Shown one piece after another: positions 29,205 through 38,287 of a DNA stretch of 64,000 nucleotides. This DNA comes from an uncultured Paenibacillaceae bacterium (lineage in GTDB: Bacteria; Bacillota; Bacilli; Paenibacillales; CALAME01), in assembly GCA_937925675.1 (NCBI GenBank), contig CALAME010000002.1, forward strand, positions 6,261 through 70,260, read 5' to 3'. Under the pieces are notes generated by a model, which saw nothing but the letters and a program-made list of their open reading frames with translations, was not told the DNA's origin and made no database searches. Positions within the stretch are counted from its first letter, which is position 1; the number at the start of each line of letters is the position of its first letter. A program made the position numbers and the translations under genes.

Positions 29205-29984
29205 CTATCTCGTTTGTTTTTGTTTGTTCCACGGCATGATCAGATTTGCCAACCCTTGTATCATTCCGTAAACAGCCAAACTGAGTGCAACGATGACGAC
29301 AATCGTTGCAAACATCCTTGCCACCTCAAACGATTTCATGGAACGGATGAGCAAAATGCCCAGTCCCTGATTCCCGCCTAGCATTTCACTGACGACGGTA
29401 CCGAGCACGCTGTAGGTGCCGGCAATTTTCAACCCGGAAAAAAACGAGGGTAGCGCCCCCGGCAGTTTGACCATTTTGTAAATTTGCCATCGCGTTGCTC
29501 CCATGGATTGCAGCACGCGCAATATGTCGCGATCGACCTGCATATACCCGTCTGCCAGGTTGACCGTCATCGGAAACAGACAGACGAGCATCACCACAAG
29601 CACTTTCGGTGTCAGGCCAAACCCGAACCATATGATGAGCAAAGGAGCAATAACAAAGTACGGGATCGACTGCGATACGACCAATAAAGGATACACCGTC
29701 TGGCGCACCCGTCTTGACAAGTCCATCCACGTTGCGAGAATGAGGGATGCGATAATGGCAGCCAAAAGTCCGATAGCGGTGGCCGTCAGTGTCTCCGTCA
29801 TCCGCTCGGCAATCAAAGCGCGCGATGCGAATAACTCGATCGCGATTTCATGCGGACGAGGCAGGAGCCAACGATCGATACCGGAGATGATCACGTACAG
29901 ATCCCAAAGGATAATGGCGCCTGCAATCGCTAAGGTTGGTGGTAACCACGCCTTCCATTTATCGGTATTTTTCCAATTTTTCAT
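29205..29984 (-). CDS. ABC transporter permease (ThiX-like by context)
   Basis: It is a six-TM BPD-type permease. Its start overlaps the 3' end of the upstream ykoF-like gene by 26 nt. Confidence 0.88.
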   Translation of the reverse strand: MKNWKNTDKWKAWLPPTLAIAGAIILWDLYVIISGIDRWLLPRPHEIAIELFASRALIAERMTETLTATAIGLLAAIIASLILATWMDLSRRVRQTVYPLLVVSQSIPYFVIAPLLIIWFGFGLTPKVLVVMLVCLFPMTVNLADGYMQVDRDILRVLQSMGATRWQIYKMVKLPGALPSFFSGLKIAGTYSVLGTVVSEMLGGNQGLGILLIRSMKSFEVARMFATIVVIVALSLAVYGMIQGLANLIMPWNKQKQTR

Positions 29985-30267
29985 CCATCGTGACTCCTTC
30001 GGGTCGGTAGTGAATCTTCACAAAGGTCATCACTTCTTTCGCTCCCGCCCGGATGCAGGCTTGCTGAGCTTCTTTGACGATGTCCAACAGCTGGTCCAGC
30101 TCTCCTTCCATGACGGTTTCCATCGCGCCGACTTCGTATTTCACACCCGAACGGCTCACGACTGCGATCGCTTCATCGACGACCGCATAGCTGTCTACCC
30201 CATCTGACGTCTTGGGCAGCACCTGAAAACCGACATTGACGATCGGACGGCTTTTCTTTTCTCCCAT
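29959..30267 (-). CDS. MTH1187/YkoF-family thiamine-binding protein (DUF77)
   Basis: The approximately 100-aa ORF reads …IVNVGFQVLPK…YAVVDEAIAVVSRSGVKYEVGAMETVMEG…. The ATG at 30267 lies 5 nt after AAGGGGGGA. Confidence 0.8.
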   Translation of the reverse strand: MGEKKSRPIVNVGFQVLPKTSDGVDSYAVVDEAIAVVSRSGVKYEVGAMETVMEGELDQLLDIVKEAQQACIRAGAKEVMTFVKIHYRPEGVTMDEKLEKYR

Positions 30268-30312
30268 CTTGATCCCCCCTTTTGATCGATGCACATGAAA
30301 GATTAACAAAAA

Positions 30313-30450
30313 ATATAAAAAAGACCGCCCGCAGGCAGTCGTAGACCCATTCAAATTCTTACTCCCTACGCTGGCATTACCCAGATCAGGTTCTAGGGTC
30401 GGTGCTGCCCCAAGCACCCTCTCAGCCAGGTCCCGCCCGGCTCCCCTGTC
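30313..30450 (-). promoter_or_regulatory. TPP (THI-box) riboswitch with expression-platform terminator
   Basis: The minus strand reads …GGGGAGCC…CTGAGAGGGTGC…ACCCTAGAACCTGATCTGGGTAATGCCAGCGTAGGGAGT. It is followed by the hairpin GACTGCC-tgcg-GGCGGTC and TTTTTT (30317-30340). Confidence 0.92.
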
Positions 30451-30475
30451 TGTTTCTATTGGATTGGCCTTTATT

Positions 30476-30484
30476 ATTATATCA
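30476..30484 (-). promoter_or_regulatory. Extended -10 (TGATATAAT) likely driving the riboswitch operon
   Basis: TGaTATAAT lies on the minus strand about 30 nt upstream of the aptamer. The -35 element is weak. Confidence 0.5.
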
Positions 30485-30544
30485 TATCTCTTTTACGATT
30501 TCCTTTCATCATCCCGGGAAACCTCTTCCAGGTTTGTACCAGTC

Positions 30545-30553
30545 TGCTATAAT
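30545..30553 (+). promoter_or_regulatory. Extended -10 (TGCTATAAT) upstream of the xpaC-like gene
   Basis: TGcTATAAT lies 34 nt upstream of the TTG start, and the -35 element is weak. Confidence 0.5.
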
Positions 30554-30586
30554 AGGGTTGTAAACCGTTACATTGGGAGGAATAAC

Positions 30587-31231
30587 TTGAAAAGCTGGCG
30601 AAAGAAAACCCGGGATGTCGCTGACAGCCTTTTGATCTTTGTCGCTAACGCCGTTTTGCTGTTCCTTTTGATGAGAGCAGGTCTCGACTTCGTTCGCAGC
30701 TTTATCCTGACAGGAGCGGTTTTTCTGACGCTTACGGCGGCGTTCAGTTACGGACGATCAAGAAAAAATAGACGCAAGCTTTCGCCGCTTGACCTGCGAC
30801 GCAAACAGCGATGGGACCAGGTACGGGCCATCGCTTCCAAAAGCCGGACCATCCGGGAGCCGAATATCGCCCTCTGTGCACGCGACATCGCCAAAACCGC
30901 TGCATCCATTTTACGCAAGGCGGACAAGCATCCGGAACGTCATCGCCTGCTGCACCGTTATTTTGATTATTACTTGCAAACCACCCTATCGATTTTGAAT
31001 CGCTGCGAAACGTTGACGAAAAGCCCGGTTTTTGATCGGGAGATGGACAGGCAAATCCAGGAGGCGGAACAGGCGTTGCGACGTTTAAACCGGCATTTGA
31101 ACCGTCAGATGTTAAACCTGTTAAAAAGTGAGGTTTGGGAACTGGAGATCGAGAGAAAAACGTTGGAAAAATTGATGGCGGAATCCAACAATGAACTTCC
31201 GCCAGCGAAAGGAGAGCGCCATGAAACATAA
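30587..31231 (+). CDS. xpaC: XpaC-like membrane protein (5-bromo-4-chloroindolyl phosphate hydrolysis protein family)
   Basis: Two N-terminal TM helices are followed by a helical domain. It sits immediately upstream of and overlaps a TelA/YaaN gene, as in the B. subtilis xpaC-yaaN pair. The TTG at 30587 follows GGGAGG. Confidence 0.65.
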   Translation: MKSWRKKTRDVADSLLIFVANAVLLFLLMRAGLDFVRSFILTGAVFLTLTAAFSYGRSRKNRRKLSPLDLRRKQRWDQVRAIASKSRTIREPNIALCARDIAKTAASILRKADKHPERHRLLHRYFDYYLQTTLSILNRCETLTKSPVFDREMDRQIQEAEQALRRLNRHLNRQMLNLLKSEVWELEIERKTLEKLMAESNNELPPAKGERHET

Positions 31232-32339
31232 CGGGGAACATACGGAAGAGATCTCGCTAGACAAAACCGGTTCGCTGAAGTCGATTGAACTCGCCCCGGC
31301 AGAACTCAAGAAGGCACAGGAATTGTCCGCACGAATCCGTCCTGATGATTACACGTCGGTGACCGAATTCGGCAGCGACATTCAGCAAGAGATCTCTGAA
31401 TTTGCGGGACATTTGCTGGAACGGGTAAGGAGTCGCGACGCCGACAGCATCAGCGCATCCGTCACGGAACTGATGCTCAAAATCAAGGGCGTTGATGTGA
31501 AAAAGCTGAGCGAACCGGCTACAGGTATGGCCAAAGTTCCATGGATCGGCCGCTGGTTCGATCAGGTAAAAAAATTAAAAAGCCAGTATGAAAAACTGGA
31601 GTCTCAAATCGACTTTATCCAATCCCGCCTGAACGAAGCCTATGTTGAATTACATAAAGATACGGAAATGCTCGATCTGTTGCTGCAAAAAAACCATAGC
31701 TATTTCAAAAGTCTTGAGATTCATATTGCAGCAGTAGAGATGCGTCTGGATGAATTGAACCAGCATGAAATTCCGGATATGAAACAAAAAGCGGAAACGA
31801 CACAAAATCCGCTTTATGCCCAGAAGCTGAATGAGCTGGTTGACTTCGCCGGCCGCCTGGAAAAAAAGCTCGATGATTTCCAGCGCACCCGTTTCCTTTC
31901 CCTATCGCTCGCACCGCGCATCAAATTGTTGCAACAAGGCAACCAGGTCATTGCGGAAAAAATACAGTCGATTACATATAATCTCATTCCGTTGTGGAAA
32001 ATGGAACTGGTTACGAGTCTGGCTCAATCACGCGCATCTCGCGCGCTGCAAATCCAAAAAGAGGTGCGGGAGACGATCGAGGAAAGCATTCGCCGCAATG
32101 CGGAACAGATGCGGGAAGTATCAGCTCAGATCAGCCGTGAAAGCGAAACGGGGCTCGTCTCGATGGAGACGCTCCGCACCGTGCATGAACAGCTGATGTC
32201 CACACTGGAAGACACCCGTCAGGCCCTGGAACAAGGTCGCAAACAGCGCCAGGATGCGGAGCGGGAAATGGCCGAGATGGAGGCGGAATTGAAGCGGAAG
32301 GTGCTGGAATGGACCGGCCGGGCTCCGAGTTCATCATAA
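31221..32339 (+). CDS. yaaN: Toxic-anion-resistance TelA/YaaN-family protein
   Basis: This is a TelA-type coiled-coil protein (…TEFGSDIQQEISEFAGHLLERVRSRD…). The ATG at 31221 follows AAGGAGAG. Confidence 0.88.
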   Translation: MKHNGEHTEEISLDKTGSLKSIELAPAELKKAQELSARIRPDDYTSVTEFGSDIQQEISEFAGHLLERVRSRDADSISASVTELMLKIKGVDVKKLSEPATGMAKVPWIGRWFDQVKKLKSQYEKLESQIDFIQSRLNEAYVELHKDTEMLDLLLQKNHSYFKSLEIHIAAVEMRLDELNQHEIPDMKQKAETTQNPLYAQKLNELVDFAGRLEKKLDDFQRTRFLSLSLAPRIKLLQQGNQVIAEKIQSITYNLIPLWKMELVTSLAQSRASRALQIQKEVRETIEESIRRNAEQMREVSAQISRESETGLVSMETLRTVHEQLMSTLEDTRQALEQGRKQRQDAEREMAEMEAELKRKVLEWTGRAPSSS

Positions 32340-33188
32340 ACCTTGTCCGTTCAACCAACGTTCACACAATTTAGTCCAAGCCTTCGCTTGCGAATGCTCT
32401 TGTGCCAGACCGAGGCCATGTTTTCCGCTTTCAAAAATGTGCAACTCAAACGGAACAGACTGGCGTTTCAGCGCCAATGCGAGACGGAGACTGTTTTCTA
32501 CAGGCACGCCCTGATCGTCACTTGTATGCCAGATAAAAACCGGCGGCGTATGGGGTCCGACCTGCCGATCCAGGGAAAGCAACTCAAGCAGTGATTCAGA
32601 TGCGTTTTCACCGGCCAGAGCCGTTCGCGATCCGATGTGCGTATCTTCAATCATCGATATGACGGGATAACACAAAACAAGCAAATCGGGATGGGTATCC
32701 TCCCCCAGCGGAAAGTCCGCATCTACCGTATTTTTGATCTTTCCATCATCCAATATGCCTGTCATCGCCGCGAGATGTCCACCCGCTGAGAAGCCGAGCA
32801 TACCGATCTTGTTGCGATCGTACCCCCATTGTTCGGCTCGATCACGCACAAGACGGACCGCCTGGCGCGCGTCGGCGAGCGGCACCGGATAGCGGTACGG
32901 ACTGACCCGATAATGGAGTACGAAAGCGTTAATCCCCAAACTCGCTAACCAGCGGGCAACCGGCTCACCTTCATGCGCAGCGCGGCGCACATAGCCTCCG
33001 CCCGGACAGACGATCATAGCCGCCCGGGATGTATGTATTTTCGGTGCATAGCGGATCAAATGAGGACGATCTTCTTCACTGCTGCCCCGTGCCCACGGTA
33101 CACCGTCAGGCCATAACTCGATACGTTCCAAGTTGAACCCAGCTCCCTGTCTATGTATCACCACGATGAACAGAATGAACAGCTTCAT
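32334..33188 (-). CDS. Alpha/beta hydrolase (esterase, BD-FAE/Aes-like)
   Basis: The oxyanion motif reads …MIVCPGGGY… and the nucleophile elbow reads GFSAGGHLA. The true start may be an internal TTG near …NLERIELWPDG. Confidence 0.8.
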   Translation of the reverse strand: MKLFILFIVVIHRQGAGFNLERIELWPDGVPWARGSSEEDRPHLIRYAPKIHTSRAAMIVCPGGGYVRRAAHEGEPVARWLASLGINAFVLHYRVSPYRYPVPLADARQAVRLVRDRAEQWGYDRNKIGMLGFSAGGHLAAMTGILDDGKIKNTVDADFPLGEDTHPDLLVLCYPVISMIEDTHIGSRTALAGENASESLLELLSLDRQVGPHTPPVFIWHTSDDQGVPVENSLRLALALKRQSVPFELHIFESGKHGLGLAQEHSQAKAWTKLCERWLNGQGL

Positions 33189-33308
33189 ACTAGCATATGG
33201 AGCCGGAAAATGCCATAAGCCTGTTGAAATTAGCTTTCGAACGGATGAAAGAACCGGACGAAACTTCCATAGTCCGTCCGGTCCGTATTATCGTTTGGCT
33301 TTTGGATA

Positions 33309-34043
33309 TTAACCCGCAAACAGTTGTGTCCAGTAATAACCGTAAGAACCGCCTTGGACAAGACCGACACCAATCCGGGTATAATTCGGATTCAAAATGT
33401 TTTGTCGGTGACCTTCCGAATTCATCCAGGCGTTCATGACCTCTTGCGGACTTCTTTGGCCCGCCGCGATATTTTCACCCGCTGTTCGATAGGAGATATT
33501 GAACGAATCCATCATTTCAAACGGAGAGCCATAAGTCGGCGAGTAATGGGAAAAATAATTCCGATCCCGCATGTCTGCCGATTTGGCACGTGCCGCTTCC
33601 GTCAGTTTGGCATCAACGGTGAGTGGTTTCAAACCTGCTTTGGCTCGCTCCTGGTTCACCAGATTGACCACTTCTTGTTCCCACTGCGACAGATTCGTTT
33701 CTTGGGCCGGAGCTTGCGGTTCTGGTGTTTGAGGTGTTTGTGACGTCGGTGCTTTCGGTGCTGCTGGAGTCTGAGTTCCGGACGGTACATCGATGTTTAT
33801 TTTTTTCGGAATGATGATGAGTTGATAAGGATAAATGCGGTTTGCGTCAGACAAAAACGGATTGGCTGACAAAATTTCTTTCAGTGACAAGCCATATTGA
33901 GCCGCGATTTTCCACAGCGTATCTCCCGGTTGCACCTTGTAAGAATCAGATTTCGCTTCGCTTGTCGACGGCATCAAAACGAGCGACAAGGCCAGACACA
34001 GGGATGTTAGCGTCACCAACACCCTTTTCTTTAAACCAAACAC
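33309..34043 (-). CDS. Secreted LysM-domain plus CAP/SCP (YkwD-like) protein
   Basis: A signal peptide is followed by a LysM domain (YKVQPGDTLWKIAAQYGLSLKEILSANP), a Pro/Thr/Gln linker and a C-terminal CAP domain (…GENIAAG…W…S.GH..N…). Confidence 0.85.
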   Translation of the reverse strand: MFGLKKRVLVTLTSLCLALSLVLMPSTSEAKSDSYKVQPGDTLWKIAAQYGLSLKEILSANPFLSDANRIYPYQLIIIPKKINIDVPSGTQTPAAPKAPTSQTPQTPEPQAPAQETNLSQWEQEVVNLVNQERAKAGLKPLTVDAKLTEAARAKSADMRDRNYFSHYSPTYGSPFEMMDSFNISYRTAGENIAAGQRSPQEVMNAWMNSEGHRQNILNPNYTRIGVGLVQGGSYGYYWTQLFAG

Positions 34044-34173
34044 AATCCATGCTCCTCCTTCTTGATTTTTCAGCGATTACGAATTCGTAAACGCTTGACT
34101 CTTTTTTAGCATAAAGGATGTGTATGGCAAGATGAAAGGGCAAATTGATGGAAGACTTCCCATGAAATCCTTT

Positions 34174-34521
34174 TCATGTACCGTTTTTTGATATTTTCTC
34201 ATCCGTGTATTGAATCGATTTCCGCACTGCAAAGCGCAATTCACCGCTGTTTTCATCATAGTGAACCGTTTTGCCGTCCACATAATGCCAAATTTTTGAG
34301 ACGATCTGATCATCCGCTTGCCTAAAGATAAATACATTCAGCTCGTAGGCCAGCCGGACGGCTTCATGGCCGGTTTCTTTATCGCGGATCGTGACGGTAA
34401 ATTGCCCGCCTCCATCAGGATCAGCCTCAAATTTCCACGGCACCGAAGTGATGCGGGTATCGACAATCACACGTCCCCCGACCGCATGTTTGATCAGTAA
34501 AATGTCGCGAACGTGCACCAT
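34174..34521 (-). CDS. Hypothetical protein (115 aa, beta-rich)
   Basis: The ATG at 34521 lies 5 nt after GAGGGAGG. I recognise no family. Confidence 0.55.
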   Translation of the reverse strand: MVHVRDILLIKHAVGGRVIVDTRITSVPWKFEADPDGGGQFTVTIRDKETGHEAVRLAYELNVFIFRQADDQIVSKIWHYVDGKTVHYDENSGELRFAVRKSIQYTDEKISKNGT

Positions 34522-34651
34522 ACAAACCTCCCTCAACAAAATGGTTGAATCCTCATCCCGATTTTAACGTATATACTGGTTAGATGCCACGATTGACTTG
34601 GCACCATAAACAGAAGTGAAGTGGAACATGAATGGCTAGGAGGTGAGCGTC

Positions 34652-34975
34652 ATGCTCATATCAACGACAGAAAACATACCTGGTTATGAAGTCACAGAAG
34701 TGCTGGGCTTGACTTTTGGTGTCGTCGTCCGTGCAAGAGGACTGGGGGGCGATATACTGGCCTCACTGAAAGGTCTGGTCGGTGGCGAGATCAAACAATA
34801 TACCCAAATGTTGGAAGATGCCCGCCGTCAAGCGATGGACAGAATGGTGGACAACGCGCATGCCATGGGCGCTGATGCGATCATCATGATGCGTTTTGAC
34901 AGCGGTGATATCGGCCAGAACATGAGTGAAATTATCGCCTATGGGACAGCAGTGAAGGTGCGTAAGTTGTCATGA
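34652..34975 (+). CDS. YbjQ-family protein (UPF0145)
   Basis: MLISTTENIPGYEVTEVLGLTFGVVVRARG…GGEIKQYTQMLEDARRQA…GADAIIMMRFD is the typical YbjQ pattern. An AGGAGGTG RBS is present. Confidence 0.85.
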   Translation: MLISTTENIPGYEVTEVLGLTFGVVVRARGLGGDILASLKGLVGGEIKQYTQMLEDARRQAMDRMVDNAHAMGADAIIMMRFDSGDIGQNMSEIIAYGTAVKVRKLS

Positions 34976-35238
34976 ATATTTGGTTCGTCAGCCTGCTTGC
35001 CCTGCTTTATTTCGCACTCCCTCTCGTTGCTGTGATCATCATCATCTGGCTGGGCGTTCGCTATTTTGACCGGAGGTACAAGGGCGAAGCAGATCATTCG
35101 AAACTGCTGAGTGGTCATTTTGTCAAAACCAACGAAATGTTTCGCGATCCGAAAGATGGAATGCTCTATCGCGTATATTACAATCCCGAAACAGGAGAAC
35201 GGGAATACGTAAGAGAGGGCAGGGATCGGCCTCAATAG
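34972..35238 (+). CDS. Small single-pass membrane protein, unknown function
   Basis: Its start overlaps the ybjQ stop by ATGA. It has an N-terminal TM helix and a terminator follows. Confidence 0.6.
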   Translation: MNIWFVSLLALLYFALPLVAVIIIIWLGVRYFDRRYKGEADHSKLLSGHFVKTNEMFRDPKDGMLYRVYYNPETGEREYVREGRDRPQ

Positions 35239-35259
35239 CGCCCTCCCTGCCCTCTTTTT
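35214..35259 (+). terminator. Intrinsic terminator
   Basis: AGAGGGCAGGGA…TCCCTGCCCTCT is a perfect 12-bp stem followed by TTTTT. Confidence 0.85.
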
Positions 35260-35280
35260 ATACATCCGGACAAACGGCGT

Positions 35281-35541
35281 TCACTGGCTCATGTTCCATT
35301 CTCGCAAAATCAGTTTTCTTACCCCCTGTTTGACATACGGGTCTTCTTCCGCCAATTTCTTCGCTTCTTCATACGTTTCCGCCTTGTAGATGACGAGACC
35401 GCCGCTTCCGTCAGCAAACGGACCGCGAGCAAACAGTTTTCCTTCTTTCTTTTTCTGTTCCAAATACTCCAGATGTTGCGGACGCAACTCCTGATTTTTA
35501 ACCGGATCGATCATTTCCAATAATGCTGCAAAGTATTTCAT
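35281..35541 (-). CDS. YciI-family protein
   Basis: The 86-aa ORF reads …RPQHLEYLEQKKKEGKLFARGPFADGSGGLVIY…EDPYVKQG…. Confidence 0.8.
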   Translation of the reverse strand: MKYFAALLEMIDPVKNQELRPQHLEYLEQKKKEGKLFARGPFADGSGGLVIYKAETYEEAKKLAEEDPYVKQGVRKLILREWNMSQ

Positions 35542-35569
35542 CTCTCCTCATCCTTTCTCCCGAGTTTGA

Positions 35570-36205
35570 TTAAAGCCATCCTTGTCGTTTGATCGCAGAA
35601 AATAACCGTTCATAATACAGTTCACTTTGCGGAGTCAGGTCGTCTGCCTGAATCTTTCGTGATTCTTCGATCCTCGTTCCGTCATCCCTGATGACGAATC
35701 CTTCTGCCCTCACTTGGCTGGCATGACCGTAGACCAGGTCGTAAAAGTCGGTCAGCGCCACCCAGAACAATCCGCTGACTTCACCTTCTGCTATCTGAAA
35801 TTCATGGAGTGTCCGATCGCATCGGTAGAGGAATACGTGACAAAACTCCCTGTCGATCCCACCGGATTCCATAGGGGTTTCCAACGGAATGATTCCGCAT
35901 TCGATCAGATCATCGAAATGAACTTTGATGCCCAGCTCTTCTTCCAGTTCACGCAATCCATCCGCCACCTTTTCCCCCGCAGTCAGATGCCCTGCCGCCG
36001 ACTTGTCCAGTTTGTCAGGAAATACGGCTTTATTTTTGTGCCTAAGTTGCAACAAGACGGAATAAATCTGGCGCGGGCGGCCGATGATCCAGCATTGAAA
36101 TGTTTTATGCCAATGACCAAGCCGATGTGCTTTTTCCCTGGACATCGTGCCCATATGTATCATACGATGGTCATAAATATCGATCGTTTCATCCTTCGTA
36201 GGCAT
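35570..36205 (-). CDS. NUDIX hydrolase
   Basis: The Nudix box reads GHLTAGEKVADGLRELEEELGI. The ATG at 36205 follows AAGGAGGG, and the upstream extension in the ORF track is unsupported. Confidence 0.85.
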   Translation of the reverse strand: MPTKDETIDIYDHRMIHMGTMSREKAHRLGHWHKTFQCWIIGRPRQIYSVLLQLRHKNKAVFPDKLDKSAAGHLTAGEKVADGLRELEEELGIKVHFDDLIECGIIPLETPMESGGIDREFCHVFLYRCDRTLHEFQIAEGEVSGLFWVALTDFYDLVYGHASQVRAEGFVIRDDGTRIEESRKIQADDLTPQSELYYERLFSAIKRQGWL

Positions 36206-36359
36206 AAGTCCCTCCTTGTCTGTCCTTCCATTATAGTCGATCGTATATGTTCGGAGCAAGATGAGCTGACGCAACGGAATGGCATAGACAGCGCAGCCAC
36301 CTTGGTATACAATACAATTAAAAATACAATACAACATCTGTGGGAGGGCATACCCGCAT

Positions 36360-37025
36360 ATGGTATCCGATGATGACGTGAGCCTAATCTTAAGCAAAAT
36401 GGCTCAAGCGATCACCCGCATCTCCCGCTACAAACGTTTGGGCCAGCCTATGAAAGCGATGACACATCTTCAAGAAACGTTAAGGGAAGTGCTGGGCATG
36501 AATCCCAAAAGCTTGGGTTGGTTTTCACACCGGGATCTGATGCAAATCATCAGTCGGGGCGGAGAACCCGATCCGAAGCGTTGCCTGTTACTGGCACGGT
36601 TGTTCAAGGAACGGGGAGAATTGGACGAATGGCGAGGAGATGAACGGGGAGCTTATGAGAACCGGGTCAAAAGTCTCAACATCTACCTGGAGTGCATGAC
36701 CCCGCCGTTGAGCGAACAAGTTCCGGAATCATACCGGCAGGAGACGGAAGATCTGATGGATGAGCTCGTTTCTACACTCGATTCGTACCGATTGCCTCCA
36801 CAGACGTTGTTACTGATGCTTAATTTTCACGAGAAACGGGGAAATTACGCGGAAGCAGAAGACATCTTATTCGAACTGTTGGAGCAACCGGGCAGTGAGC
36901 AGGAACGAAACGATTGGGTGAAAACTGGCCTCGCTTTCTATGAACGGCTCCTGGAAAAATCAAGGCGCGAATTAGATCGCGGTGCACTTCCGCATGAAGA
37001 CGTTTTACAAAACATGCAAGAATGA
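36360..37025 (+). CDS. Hypothetical alpha-helical protein (221 aa)
   Basis: It has an RBS (GGGAGGG) and ends at a strong terminator. I cannot assign a family confidently. Confidence 0.6.
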   Translation: MVSDDDVSLILSKMAQAITRISRYKRLGQPMKAMTHLQETLREVLGMNPKSLGWFSHRDLMQIISRGGEPDPKRCLLLARLFKERGELDEWRGDERGAYENRVKSLNIYLECMTPPLSEQVPESYRQETEDLMDELVSTLDSYRLPPQTLLLMLNFHEKRGNYAEAEDILFELLEQPGSEQERNDWVKTGLAFYERLLEKSRRELDRGALPHEDVLQNMQE

Positions 37026-37053
37026 ATAAAATAAAAAGAAATGAGAAGCAATG

Positions 37054-37083
37054 AAAAGAGCGCTAAAACAGCGCTCTTTTTTG
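37054..37083. terminator. Bidirectional intrinsic terminator
   Basis: AGAGCGC-taaaaca-GCGCTCT is flanked by AAAA upstream and TTTTTT downstream, between convergent genes. Confidence 0.85.
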
Positions 37084-37126
37084 TAGCAGACGTTCCTCGT
37101 TAACGCCAAAGTTCGTTCTATGCCCG

Positions 37127-37654
37127 TTACAGTCGGTCAACATCTTCAACGGTGATGCCGCCTTCCACCGCGAATTCGAAATCCTCGATGTCGTACACTT
37201 CGACTTCAATTCCGGCTTCAACCACTTTATCTACAAACTCCAACTGATCAGTGACGATCGGAGCGGCTTCCCGCTGGGCCAACAGGATCAGTTCGGTTTC
37301 AACGGGATCGAACATTTCACCAAACTGCATATTTTCCATCGCGTTGACGACGGTAAGTGACACCCGTTCGTTAACCGGCATCGGCGGACTGAATTTCCAA
37401 GGTGATTGCAACGAGCGTTCTATTTTTTTGCGATTGAACGGATCTTCAAAAAATTGGATCAGATCGCCTATAATTTTGCGAACATGCTTGTCTTCATCGG
37501 CATCGGGAAGGATCGGATCATCACTATCCTTCATCTCGTACAACTCGTGCACGGTGGAATAGGGAATGAGGTATTCAACCGGTCGCTTGGGCACAAGCAT
37601 TTGGCCGTGTATGGCGATCATGACGGCTTCAATCACAATGCGACGTTGCATCAT
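37127..37654 (-). CDS. Conserved hypothetical protein (175 aa, acidic C-terminus)
   Basis: It has a GGGGAGGG RBS. From memory, homologues in Paenibacillaceae are often mislabelled ADP-heptose synthase; this is unverified. Confidence 0.65.
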   Translation of the reverse strand: MMQRRIVIEAVMIAIHGQMLVPKRPVEYLIPYSTVHELYEMKDSDDPILPDADEDKHVRKIIGDLIQFFEDPFNRKKIERSLQSPWKFSPPMPVNERVSLTVVNAMENMQFGEMFDPVETELILLAQREAAPIVTDQLEFVDKVVEAGIEVEVYDIEDFEFAVEGGITVEDVDRL

Positions 37655-37801
37655 GAACCCTCCCCGACAGCTATAGTTCCTATGGACGAATACATATTAA
37701 TAACTAATTGTAATAGATGCCAGCAAACTTTTCAATTTGTAAGAATTGTGCTACATTTATTAGTGGTCCTGGTAACATTTCGTGTTAGGAGATGAAACCG
37801 C

Positions 37802-38287
37802 TTGTCCGATCACATTTTTCAACAGTTTGTAGAGTCAGAGGATCCTGATCAGTTAAACCAGCTGCAACAGGAACTGATTAATGGCGGTTACTCGTCCGTA
37901 TATCGCTTTGTAGAGCAGTTTCGTGAGCAGATCAAAACATTTGGCGACGAAGACATGGAACGGATTCAGCAACTGATTGCAAAAGGGGAAAAATTTTTAC
38001 CGGATCCCGGCGCGATCAGTCCGTCTTGGCAAGATTTATGGCCACAGTTCCGCTCAATTACAGAACACAAGATCAAAGTGCTGAAAACGATCCCCTTGTC
38101 TGAACGGGAGGGAGAGTGGCAAATTTTGATGGACAACCCCTACACCCATCAACAAATCGTTTGCTACCCCGGACTCACCTTCGCTGAAGCCGCTTATTTG
38201 TTCGGTTATTTTCGCAGCGATTTGAAGCGAAACGAGTACATAAGAATGCAGAAAGTGCAAAATGTCATCATGGAATTCGGAACGTGA
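37802..38287 (+). CDS. Hypothetical protein (161 aa)
   Basis: The TTG start lies 11 nt after AGGAG. I recognise no family. Confidence 0.55.
   Translation: MSDHIFQQFVESEDPDQLNQLQQELINGGYSSVYRFVEQFREQIKTFGDEDMERIQQLIAKGEKFLPDPGAISPSWQDLWPQFRSITEHKIKVLKTIPLSEREGEWQILMDNPYTHQQIVCYPGLTFAEAAYLFGYFRSDLKRNEYIRMQKVQNVIMEFGT

Noticed and set aside
34044-34173. A c-di-AMP (ydaO) or c-di-GMP riboswitch upstream of the LysM-CAP cell-wall gene and the stalk-domain gene.
   Set aside because: The leaders are too short (about 130 nt or less) and lack the conserved core sequences. They contain only small generic hairpins.
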